From positions 372,001 through 436,000 of the forward strand of contig OX337233.1 in NCBI GenBank assembly GCA_946965045.2: a stretch of 64,000 nucleotides of DNA. Reading direction: 5' to 3'. The first letter of the stretch is position 1; each line of letters opens with the position of its first letter. Below the pieces are notes generated by a model, which worked only from the letters and a program-made list of their open reading frames with translations, ran no database searches and was not told the origin of the DNA. Origin of the DNA: Epithemia pelagica (lineage: Eukaryota; Protista; Bacillariophyta). The position numbers and the translations under genes are program-made. Positions 44,855-53,551 of the stretch are shown here, one piece after another.

Positions 44855-45689
44855 CAACTCAGAAAAAAAGATGCTGCCTAGCTAAAAAAATTTATAATGA
44901 ACAAAGAAACGAATCGGCTCCATGGCAGTTTGTGTGGATTCCATGCTGTTGTAAAAAGTGGGGAGCCGGTCGCTCAACTACCTAGTAAAGAAAATGTCTC
45001 TACAACACCATTCCTGATGAACCTGTAAGACCACTTGTGTATGCCATACGAGGGACTCGGACCTAGTTTCGACACGATGCTGTCACCTAGGCCACTAGAG
45101 ATCGTCCTGGTGCCTAGGAGTACTACGCAAGGACGAGACGTTATGGGTTTTGTGGAGACCCATCGTGCCGTATTTTACTTTGTGCGGCCCACCCTTATCC
45201 GTATTCTGTATCATCCTGTGTGTGTGTCGTCATTCTGGATACCGTCCTGCTCTTGTTTGTTGTGAGCATGCCAAACATCAGAGGAAGGAACCAAAGCGAT
45301 GAGGTGGACCTGTATTCCGACGGCGAGAATGGACCGAATGGGTCGTTACTCGACCGCATAGCCAGGCTAGTGTTGGTCGCTGACGGATGCTGGACAGACG
45401 TCGATGGACTTGGGGTCTGTTCACTGTACGAAGGGCCAGCTCCTACCTGTCCCTACCACTTTCAACTGATTTCACGATTACCTGTAGGTACTGTTTTTCC
45501 CCCAGTACGCCGGACGACCGTCCCACCAACCGCATTCGCCACGTCCAGCACTTGGGTACCGGGCATCTAATCGACTCCGCGTATTTCTCTCTCTAGCTCT
45601 AGTAAATAGTAGAGTCGTATTCGTCTGTCTATTCGTACACTGACTGGTCGTAGCGAAACAATCCCGGTTCACCCCTCAACACACACATA

Positions 45690-48600
45690 CGAGCTCCACC
45701 AATCGATATGGGTAACCGTAGTGGCCCGTGCTTCACGTTTCCGATTCTCGGTGAAACTTCCGGCCCTACGAGATTCACTACACTATACATTTTCCTAGAG
45801 TACGAGTACTCGTAAGATGAATTAGTCCGTGAACTGATGACATCGTTCCTCGGCACAACGATGCACTCTCTTTTGCCCTCAACATTCACCTTTGCCCTCA
45901 ACATTCACCATGGTGAGGAGGCGCTTGCCCATTCGGTATCAAACAGTACAAATCGCCTCATCTACTCTATTAGTTACATAGATCTATAGGAAATCTAACT
46001 TGTATGTGCTTCGTAGTGCATCGTTCACGATCCTCATCCATCCGATGCGTTCATCCATCCGACGCTCGTCAACCCATTTTGCCTTTGTTGTTTGTTGATT
46101 GTCGTTCCATCCAATCATGTCAAACAAGGTACGAAAAGGGTCCTTCGTCTCCGTTGCACGCAGCGACCAGGGATCAATGGGTGGTTTTGGCTTCGTCCGA
46201 AAACTCAAACGAAAAAGAAAGGACGACAGTGACGACGAAGCTGTTACTGTTGTTGACTCGCAGTCAACAGCACCCGACCAAACCACATTGGTTGACGTCG
46301 AGTATACTATCGACAATCGATGCTCCCAGGATGTTTCATCCGATCGTGTCTCTCACGCAATGATCGAGCCAACGGCTCGTCGCCGCCCTGGCGACCAAAC
46401 GACCCGCCCCTCGCTTCGTTCAACTCGTCATGATCCCCGACTGCAAGCCAGTTTGATTGCTGCGACGACAGCGACGGCAGATGAACCCACGCCTGATGAT
46501 CCTCCAGGACCCCCAACCAATTCAACCACCTTCTTGCTTGATCTTTGCACCAAGAACAATCACGACAAGGCCTTCGAGATCCTTGAAGATAAGTGCAACA
46601 AGGAATGTGGATACGGTTGGTTGAGAAAGATTGAGCATACAACGAACAGATCTGGTGCATTTGACTCAAAATACGACCCAAACAAATCATCCGATGAAAG
46701 GCAGCCGCTGCACTCTGCCTCCGAAAAGCAACTTGCTTGCATGCTCAACCTTGCAATGAAGCCTCATTGCTACAATGTGCGCTTTATTTCATACGCATGG
46801 GGGATCAGCCGTAAAGCTCTATACAAATGGATAGAGGACTTTTCCAAAAATCCCTTGCCGCAACCCCGAAAGACTCGAAGTGACAAGGGCTTAACGCTGT
46901 TGACCTCAGAGAAGAAACGACGATCCACGTGGACCCCTAGATTTATCTTTATGAAAGACTATCAAGTGAAAAATCCTGACTCAAATATGACTCAAGCTAG
47001 GGATGCGTGGAAAACTATCGAAGATGATGAAGATGCTATATCTCCCTATAAGGCCTTGAGTGATCAATGGCATCGTGATCAAGGAGCTTTTCTTCTATCG
47101 GAGATTCAACGACTTCTCAAGGATACTGGCGGCTCTGTCTCCTGGAATACGATAGCAACCTTGGTTGCAGGCTCTGGTAACGCACAACTTATCAGTGGTG
47201 AAACAATCCGAAAATTCTGCATGTCATTGCCAGACTCGTCATATAAAAGCACACGGATCCTACCCCACCTAGATCAAGCAAATAAAGAGAGACGATACTG
47301 GTGGGCAATTCAGTTTTGGATCTTCTGGAAGTCAGCGAAGACCTTTAACAATGTCCAAGTTGTTCTTGTTCATATGGACGAGAAATGGTTTTGGTCAATC
47401 GTGGTGCGGCGAAACAATAAGTCTATTCCGATGTTGGGAATAAAGCCAGTTGTGCATTCAGTCCATCACAAGAATCACATCGAAAAGACAATGGGGATTG
47501 TTGCCGTCGCATATGCCCCAAAGCAGAACGACTGGAAGCAAGGTGGAACACCATTCACGGTTAGCCTGGTACGAGCAGGCCGTAAGGTCAAAGCGTCGCG
47601 CGATACCTACCGGCGTGTCTACAAAGATGACGGGTCGTATCACTATCCAACAATCCAAGAAAACTTACTTCGTAAGAAGGGTGAACTCTACTTCAAGGGC
47701 ATGGAAGTTACGGGTAGTTCTAGAGGAACACGGAAAGAACCCAAGTTCTCTCTACTACATGATTTTTATGAGTCGGTTCATCTACCGAACCTAGACATGT
47801 TAGCAGAAGAAGTGACTTCAATGGTCGGATCGCATTGCCGAGTGGTGATTGTCGAGCAATTTGATGGAGCGGGTCCTCATAAAGAAGACAAGCTCACCAG
47901 GTACATCGAAGGCCAATTTGCGGCACGTCAATGGTATCGAGCTCCACAGCCTGCCAACTCGCCCCTTACCAATGTCCTAGATGATTGTGTCTTCCCGGCA
48001 CTTTCGAAGCATGTGTCTCGGGAACAGGGAATATCAAACAAGTGTCAAGCGTATTCTAACGATGAAATATGGGAGTCGGTCCAAAAGTGCTATGAATCCT
48101 TTCCCATGGATGTTCTCGCAAGAGCATTTGTGCGACATCACCAGATCGTAAACGCAATTGCAATCGAAAAGGGTGGGGACAAGTTTGCTCAAGACCATGA
48201 TCTACATTTCAATGTTCGGAATTGTTGTTCACCTACTTTCAGCGAAGATGGAGTTGCAACTGGAGTTGAGATGGTCCCAATTTTTGATGAACATAATGAA
48301 CGCGATGACAGACCAAGTTTTCGCCATCCAGATCCGATGATTACGCAAGATCTCTTGGAAGAAAATCTTTTGCGAATGAAGACCATTCAGCTTGAAAGGC
48401 TGATCGACTGGATGCCTGAAGATCATGAATGGTTTGAAGATGTCGCTGGTGCCCATGCCATCCTGAGAGCGAGAGAGGACGGAGACTTCGAGTCAGACGG
48501 AGAAGTAGAAACAGAGGATGAACTATAGTTTGATTGTTGCATGTTGTCTGTTGTCATCATTGTCTTGTTGTATCTAGTTTTTGATTGTTGTGGTCGTCGT

Positions 48601-49976
48601 GGATTGTTTCGTTTGCTTGATTACTGCGACTGTTGTTGTTGTCGAGCCAAGGATTTGATTGTAGTAGTTGCTTGTTGTGTTCATCGTGTCTCTTCTATTT
48701 GATTGTTGCCCTAATCAATGCGAGTTTTCGATTCGCTGAGGGCGTGAGAAAGAAGGAGTTGATTGTCGCGTGTTGTTTTCGATGTTGCCGTCGGCGCGTG
48801 TTGTCGTTGTTGTCGTCGCCGAGAGTTTCGTGCGGCGGCAGTGAGAAGTTGATTGTTGTGTTTAGGTTGTTGTTGTTGTTGCTGTCGCCGAGTGTTGTTG
48901 TTGTCGTCCGTTCGTTCATTCGTTAGTTCGTTCGATCAGTGGCGGTGAGTAGTTGATTGTTGTGTTTGGATTTTTGTTGTGCCGAGTGTTGTTGTTGTCG
49001 TTCATTCGTTCGTTCGTTCGATCGATCAGCTGCGACATCGTCGCCGATTGTTTCGCCATTTGTAGTTGAGCCGCTTGTGGTTGTCGTTGTCGTCGCTTGT
49101 TACCACCAGTGGACGAGGCTTCGATTTGTTGGGTGAGGGCAACGAAAAGACGAGGAGTTGATTGTTTCGTCGCACGGTAGAAGAAGGAGGACGACCACAC
49201 CATCTTGTCGCCGAGTCTTGCCGCCGAGTGTCGTTGTCGAGTGTTGTTGCCGAGTGTTGTTGTTGTTCGTTCGGTGGCAGCGAGGAGTGAGTAGTTGATT
49301 GTTGTGTTTGGGTTTTGGGTTGTTGTTGTTGTTGCCGAGTGTTGTCGACTCGCAAGGCTCTTCGACCACCGCCCATCAGCTTCACGGCATCCCCTCCTTC
49401 TTCCACTCAAATTGTGCTGTGGGAATCAGCCGCACCACCGGCACCACCATCGTCTGTCGCAGTAGAAGCAGTCCTTCCACCCACGGTTCACGTTTGTTTT
49501 GTCTGGACAAATCAGCTTTTGTTGCGTTTGAGCCACCAACGGTCGAGGCTTTCCAATGTTGTGCTCGGTCTATTAAGTGACGAGGAGTTGATTGCTGCAT
49601 GCGGACGTATGATCGGTGACTTGCTGGATGCATTCTATCGGTTGTCGTCGTCTTCTTCTCAAGGTCACTTCCTCTATTTCGGATGCCAAATAAGGAAGAC
49701 TTCAAAACCTTGCCGTAGGTCCATAAAAAAGGCCAACTCATCCCTGCCCGCCCATTCCCTCACGGTACACTTGATTCTTAGGCATCCTTGATGGTCGCAA
49801 GAGAGCTAGCGCCTTTCGTTGGAGGTGCACGCCGGCTTGAGTGTGCCATGGTGGTGTTATGCAGTGCAAAATGACCGTAGTGGTGTCCCTACGAAGTTAG
49901 AATCACTGTAGAAAAAACAGTAGGGGTATGAAAAGCACGGGCCACTACGGTTACCCATATCGATTGGTGGAGCTCG
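45690..49976 (+). mobile_element. Full-length Tc1/mariner-superfamily DNA transposon, 4,287 bp, 44-bp perfect TIRs, TA target duplication
   Basis: TIRs CGAGCTCCACCAATCGATATGGGTAACCGTAGTGGCCCGTGCTT at 45690-45733 and inverted at 49933-49976. TA at 45688-89 and 49977-78. The homologous empty site is in copy A near 36600. Confidence 0.95.
46117..48528 (+). CDS. Mariner-type DDD transposase (803 aa)
   Basis: VHMDEKWF, EQFDGAGPH and QPANSPLTNVLD motifs. Uninterrupted ORF; first ATG at 46117. Confidence 0.9.
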   Translation: MSNKVRKGSFVSVARSDQGSMGGFGFVRKLKRKRKDDSDDEAVTVVDSQSTAPDQTTLVDVEYTIDNRCSQDVSSDRVSHAMIEPTARRRPGDQTTRPSLRSTRHDPRLQASLIAATTATADEPTPDDPPGPPTNSTTFLLDLCTKNNHDKAFEILEDKCNKECGYGWLRKIEHTTNRSGAFDSKYDPNKSSDERQPLHSASEKQLACMLNLAMKPHCYNVRFISYAWGISRKALYKWIEDFSKNPLPQPRKTRSDKGLTLLTSEKKRRSTWTPRFIFMKDYQVKNPDSNMTQARDAWKTIEDDEDAISPYKALSDQWHRDQGAFLLSEIQRLLKDTGGSVSWNTIATLVAGSGNAQLISGETIRKFCMSLPDSSYKSTRILPHLDQANKERRYWWAIQFWIFWKSAKTFNNVQVVLVHMDEKWFWSIVVRRNNKSIPMLGIKPVVHSVHHKNHIEKTMGIVAVAYAPKQNDWKQGGTPFTVSLVRAGRKVKASRDTYRRVYKDDGSYHYPTIQENLLRKKGELYFKGMEVTGSSRGTRKEPKFSLLHDFYESVHLPNLDMLAEEVTSMVGSHCRVVIVEQFDGAGPHKEDKLTRYIEGQFAARQWYRAPQPANSPLTNVLDDCVFPALSKHVSREQGISNKCQAYSNDEIWESVQKCYESFPMDVLARAFVRHHQIVNAIAIEKGGDKFAQDHDLHFNVRNCCSPTFSEDGVATGVEMVPIFDEHNERDDRPSFRHPDPMITQDLLEENLLRMKTIQLERLIDWMPEDHEWFEDVAGAHAILRAREDGDFESDGEVETEDEL

Positions 49977-50374
49977 TACACACACATACACAATCTCTCT
50001 CCCAGAACACGACGAGAATCCATTGATTTTTCACCCTTTTGTTGTTTCATTCGCCTTGATCCACAAGATTGAAGCAGCAACCCCGCCTCCCAGACTACTC
50101 AAACGAGGCACTCCTATATCTAGAAGGACAGAGAACGACGAGACTGTTGTGTGTTTGGACTCAAACGTTGTTTCAGAGCCACACAACAATTGTACCAAAA
50201 ACCATTCGATCCACCATACTCATCAACAAGCACTCACACAATACTATGCTTGTCGTGGAACCACCACCGACCAGAGCAGCACCAGCACCAGAAGCACCAT
50301 TGTCCCCCTATTCTACTTGCCCCAACAACAAAAACCGGACCCCAACAACACCGTTGAGTCAAGCAGCCGCCAGC

Positions 50375-52498
50375 ATGATGACCGCAACAGCAACAGCAAA
50401 CTGCGAGCAACCAGTAGCACCAGAACCGGACCCATCCGACACTCTTGAGAATGACAAGGCCGCCGACACTTGTTTGACACGTCCCCATTTGGTCAAGCGC
50501 AAATCGGCACCCGCCGGTTTGCGATGGAATCCACGTGATCTGGACGACGACGAAGACCCGACCGAACTGAATTACGAGGATTATTTGGACGATGATACCA
50601 CAACCAATCATTGGGACGATCCCATTGTCTTGACGCCCATTTTGACCATGCCATTGAGCAGCAGCAACAACAACAAGAACAACCAAAACAACCCTCGCAG
50701 TACTACATACAACCATTCCAAACAAGCCTACAATCCCAATACTCAGTATTCCAATACTCCGTATTCCACCACAAAACCATTGTCGGATCACCAAAAGTCG
50801 TCGACTGGCAAACACAACATGACGGAAGGTTGTGATTCCACGATTACGACGACGGCATCGTCCAGTTCGAACAACTCTACCAATACTACGACCCTTTTGT
50901 CTCCTGCATCCACCAAACCTGCTGCTACTACTGCTACCACTGCTACCTCCCTTGCCACACCCTCCAGTCCTGTGCGAACCTCCCCACCAACAACGACGAC
51001 GAATACCAAGAAAAGCAATTTGGATTATTTGGAGCAAACCATTCAGCAGCAACAAGACACTTGTGCCAGTCTCGAACAAGGCGTGCAAGTGCATTTGGAT
51101 CGGGCCGTGGCCCGCTACCAAGCGCACAATACCGTGGGAGCCTGTTTGGCTTGGAAACGCATGCATCAATTGCAACGCGAACAGGAGCACTTGACCAAGG
51201 CCGTGTCGTATTTGCAACAATTGCTAGTTCAGCAACAAGAACAACAAGAATTGAAACTGCAGCAGCAACAACAGCAAGAACAGCAGCAATTCAAACTGCA
51301 ACACCAACACCCAGAACCATCGCAAGTGTCGGCCCCCAACTCTCCGCTTCGCAAAGTGTCGTCTCGCGGTGGATTATTGTCGAGTCGGGGAACCAAACAG
51401 GGCTGGTCCTCCCGTGGCCGGTTGCGTCGATTCCACCATTCCGACAGTAGTACCAAGGATGCGGGATATCATTCCGATGGCAATGCTCCCACCCATCATC
51501 ATGATGATGATGACGACGAGGACGATTTGGAGGAAGAAGAAGACGAAACCAAAGATCCCAGTCTTGATATGAATCCCTTGCTCTTGTCTCCCGTCAAGGC
51601 TCCTCGAGGGTTGTGGCAAGCTGCTGCCAGTACTAGTCAGAGGCAACAGTCCTCCTCCAAGAGTCACAGCAGTCACTTTGCGTCTCTGCCCTCGTTGGAA
51701 GGATTGTATCAATTGGATGTTCCCTTGGCCAACACCACCACCAAGACAAGAACGACAGCAGCAAGTCCACCCGCATCCCCCGGAACTCACCACCACAAGG
51801 CATCGTCGTCGAAAAAACAAGGACGGCAATTCTTGGGCAAACTCATTGCTCGTCGATCGCAATTGGGGGGATTGGATTTGGCCACCACGCCCGCAACGAC
51901 TCGTACCACACGGCCATGGGACGAATCCACGCAACGACGCCGGCAACGGCGACGTCAACGACGTCGCCAACAACGACACGAACAACGCGAACGACACGAA
52001 CAAGTCGTCCGACAATTGCAGCAAGGGCAACCATTGTTGCCCGCACAAGCTGCCACGGACGAATCATCACTACCTCAGTCTCCCACCACCAAACAACCAC
52101 CAGCAGGACGACGACGCTTGCGAGGGACAGGTGGAGGCAGTAGTCGTCAAGCGCAGAGTCCCGGACCCTCGTCCTCCTTGTCCTTTTTGCGATTGGACGT
52201 GTCCCATCGCAACGATAGTAATAATAATGATGAGATTGGAATTACCGATTCCCAGTCGCCGTCGTCTCTTCAGCAGCAACAAGAACGAGTGTGGTTGCAA
52301 GAACAAATTGACATGATTTTGAATACCCACATTCAAGACGAACCCGACACTCCTCTGGGCTCGAATCACCACAACCACAACAGCAACAACAGCAATAACA
52401 GCAAGTCTCGATCCGTCCCATCCGAGCAAGAGGCCATTCTGCAAGAATTGGCCGCCCTCGTGGCGCAGCAAACCGGAACCACAAGCACAACCACTTAA
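50375..52498 (+). CDS. Q/T/S/D-rich disordered protein with coiled coil, copy B (707 aa)
   Basis: Paralogue of 37002-39206; the indels between copies preserve frame. Confidence 0.8.
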   Translation: MMTATATANCEQPVAPEPDPSDTLENDKAADTCLTRPHLVKRKSAPAGLRWNPRDLDDDEDPTELNYEDYLDDDTTTNHWDDPIVLTPILTMPLSSSNNNKNNQNNPRSTTYNHSKQAYNPNTQYSNTPYSTTKPLSDHQKSSTGKHNMTEGCDSTITTTASSSSNNSTNTTTLLSPASTKPAATTATTATSLATPSSPVRTSPPTTTTNTKKSNLDYLEQTIQQQQDTCASLEQGVQVHLDRAVARYQAHNTVGACLAWKRMHQLQREQEHLTKAVSYLQQLLVQQQEQQELKLQQQQQQEQQQFKLQHQHPEPSQVSAPNSPLRKVSSRGGLLSSRGTKQGWSSRGRLRRFHHSDSSTKDAGYHSDGNAPTHHHDDDDDEDDLEEEEDETKDPSLDMNPLLLSPVKAPRGLWQAAASTSQRQQSSSKSHSSHFASLPSLEGLYQLDVPLANTTTKTRTTAASPPASPGTHHHKASSSKKQGRQFLGKLIARRSQLGGLDLATTPATTRTTRPWDESTQRRRQRRRQRRRQQRHEQRERHEQVVRQLQQGQPLLPAQAATDESSLPQSPTTKQPPAGRRRLRGTGGGSSRQAQSPGPSSSLSFLRLDVSHRNDSNNNDEIGITDSQSPSSLQQQQERVWLQEQIDMILNTHIQDEPDTPLGSNHHNHNSNNSNNSKSRSVPSEQEAILQELAALVAQQTGTTSTTT

Positions 52499-52716
52499 AC
52501 ACTTACTACCACTGCAATGACGAATGACAGGACCACGACCAACAACAATGATATGCCCTCGATTCCATCAGTGTTACGGACGACAACCCTCATGACCGAC
52601 TTCCCACAATTACTACCTCTAGAATAGACAAGAGATGGACAAGACGTTGGCTGGGGGAAAGTATTGGGGAAGAAAGCACATAGGAACCATAGTATAATCA
52701 ATCTATCTAGACCAAG

Positions 52717-52760
<44 letters not shown>
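52717..52760. repeat. (AAC)n microsatellite, ~14 units
   Basis: Read directly; much shorter at the homologous site in copy A (~39440). Confidence 0.95.
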
Positions 52761-53154
52761 AGATAAGATGATACAGACTCGACTTGTTCCTTCCAGAATA
52801 GTGAGAACAAAAGGGCCATAGACCGACCCCCCTGGTTCTACGACACTGCATTCCTTCCAGAAATATCGATATTGCCATGCTACAAATGCTACCACATTGT
52901 TGTGGATCCAACCTCGAGGAGGAATCAAGAGAGATGGACACTAGGAGTAGGTAGAAGAAACAGAGTATTCATTGCGCTATACTCAAGCCGTTTTACAGAC
53001 ACATTTGTCGACCCCCCAAAATACACAAGAGGGTAGACGTGTCGTCGTTTTTCGTTTGGTTGGTGGTGCCACAGACACACACAAAGAAGCATCCTTTGGT
53101 GATGATGGTTGGTTGGTTGTCATCCATCCATCCATCCCTCTCGTACTACTCCCT

Positions 53155-53214
53155 CTAGGGCAACAACACGGTATCCACGACATTAATCCAACCCTGCCAT
53201 GCCGGAAGCTCTGA
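53155..53214 (-). pseudogene. Fragment of a FAS1-h-type C-terminus
   Basis: SELPAWQGWINVVDTVLLP* versus FAS1-h DDLPAWNSWMHVVDTVLLP*. Confidence 0.75.
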
Positions 53215-53269
53215 AATGCTCACTCAATATAGATGCCGGCACATTTTCGTGTATTACGCCTGATCCATG

Positions 53270-53519
53270 GGAAGGATTTTCCAGTCTCAAGAATGTTTCG
53301 TAGCTCTGGGCCCCAACAACAGCACCAAGAATGTACAAGGTGCTATGGTCTTTAGCATTGTGCGATAATGTGCGATAAACTAATGTGGAGGTGGTCGTCG
53401 TCTTTTTGTTGATGTCCTGGTTTTTAGTTCCGAATTGGCAACAGAAACTTGTCAATGGCATGAAGAACACTGTCTCCATAGACATTAATATCGGCTTGAA
53501 CTATTTGAACTGGTTCGTC
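53270..53519 (-). pseudogene. Fragment of a FAS1-a-type C-terminus plus its 3' flank
   Basis: DEPVQIVQADINVYGDSVLHAIDKFLLPIRN* (53519-53424) versus FAS1-a DEPAQVVQADINVYGSSVLHAIDKVLLPILN*. The flank is homologous to 27633-27770. Confidence 0.85.
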
Positions 53520-53551
53520 GTTGGTTGTCATTTATCCATCGATCCATACCT

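Larger units (their letters stand above)
32740..53040. repeat. Segmental duplication: copy A ~32740-39768, copy B ~42170-53040 (B contains the mariner)
   Basis: Collinear homology of upstream region, FAS1 gene, spacer, Q/T/S-rich gene and 3' flank. Homology ends at CAAGA(A/G)GGTAGA(T/C)GTGT in both copies. Confidence 0.88.

Noticed and set aside
43097-44857. Long antisense ORFs over FAS1 genes (also 30083-31114, 31666-32433, 34034-34987, 54416-56215)
   Set aside because: They mirror the FAS1 codons and show no independent motifs. They are a shadow of codon bias.
48633-49791. Second gene in the mariner 3' arm
   Set aside because: The ORFs are short, occur on both strands, and are N/T- or V/L-rich products of simple repeats.
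53183-53485. 100-aa ORF with ILGAVVGAQS resembling a FAS1 segment
   Set aside because: At DNA level it aligns to the non-coding 3' flank of FAS1-a, so the peptide similarity is coincidental.
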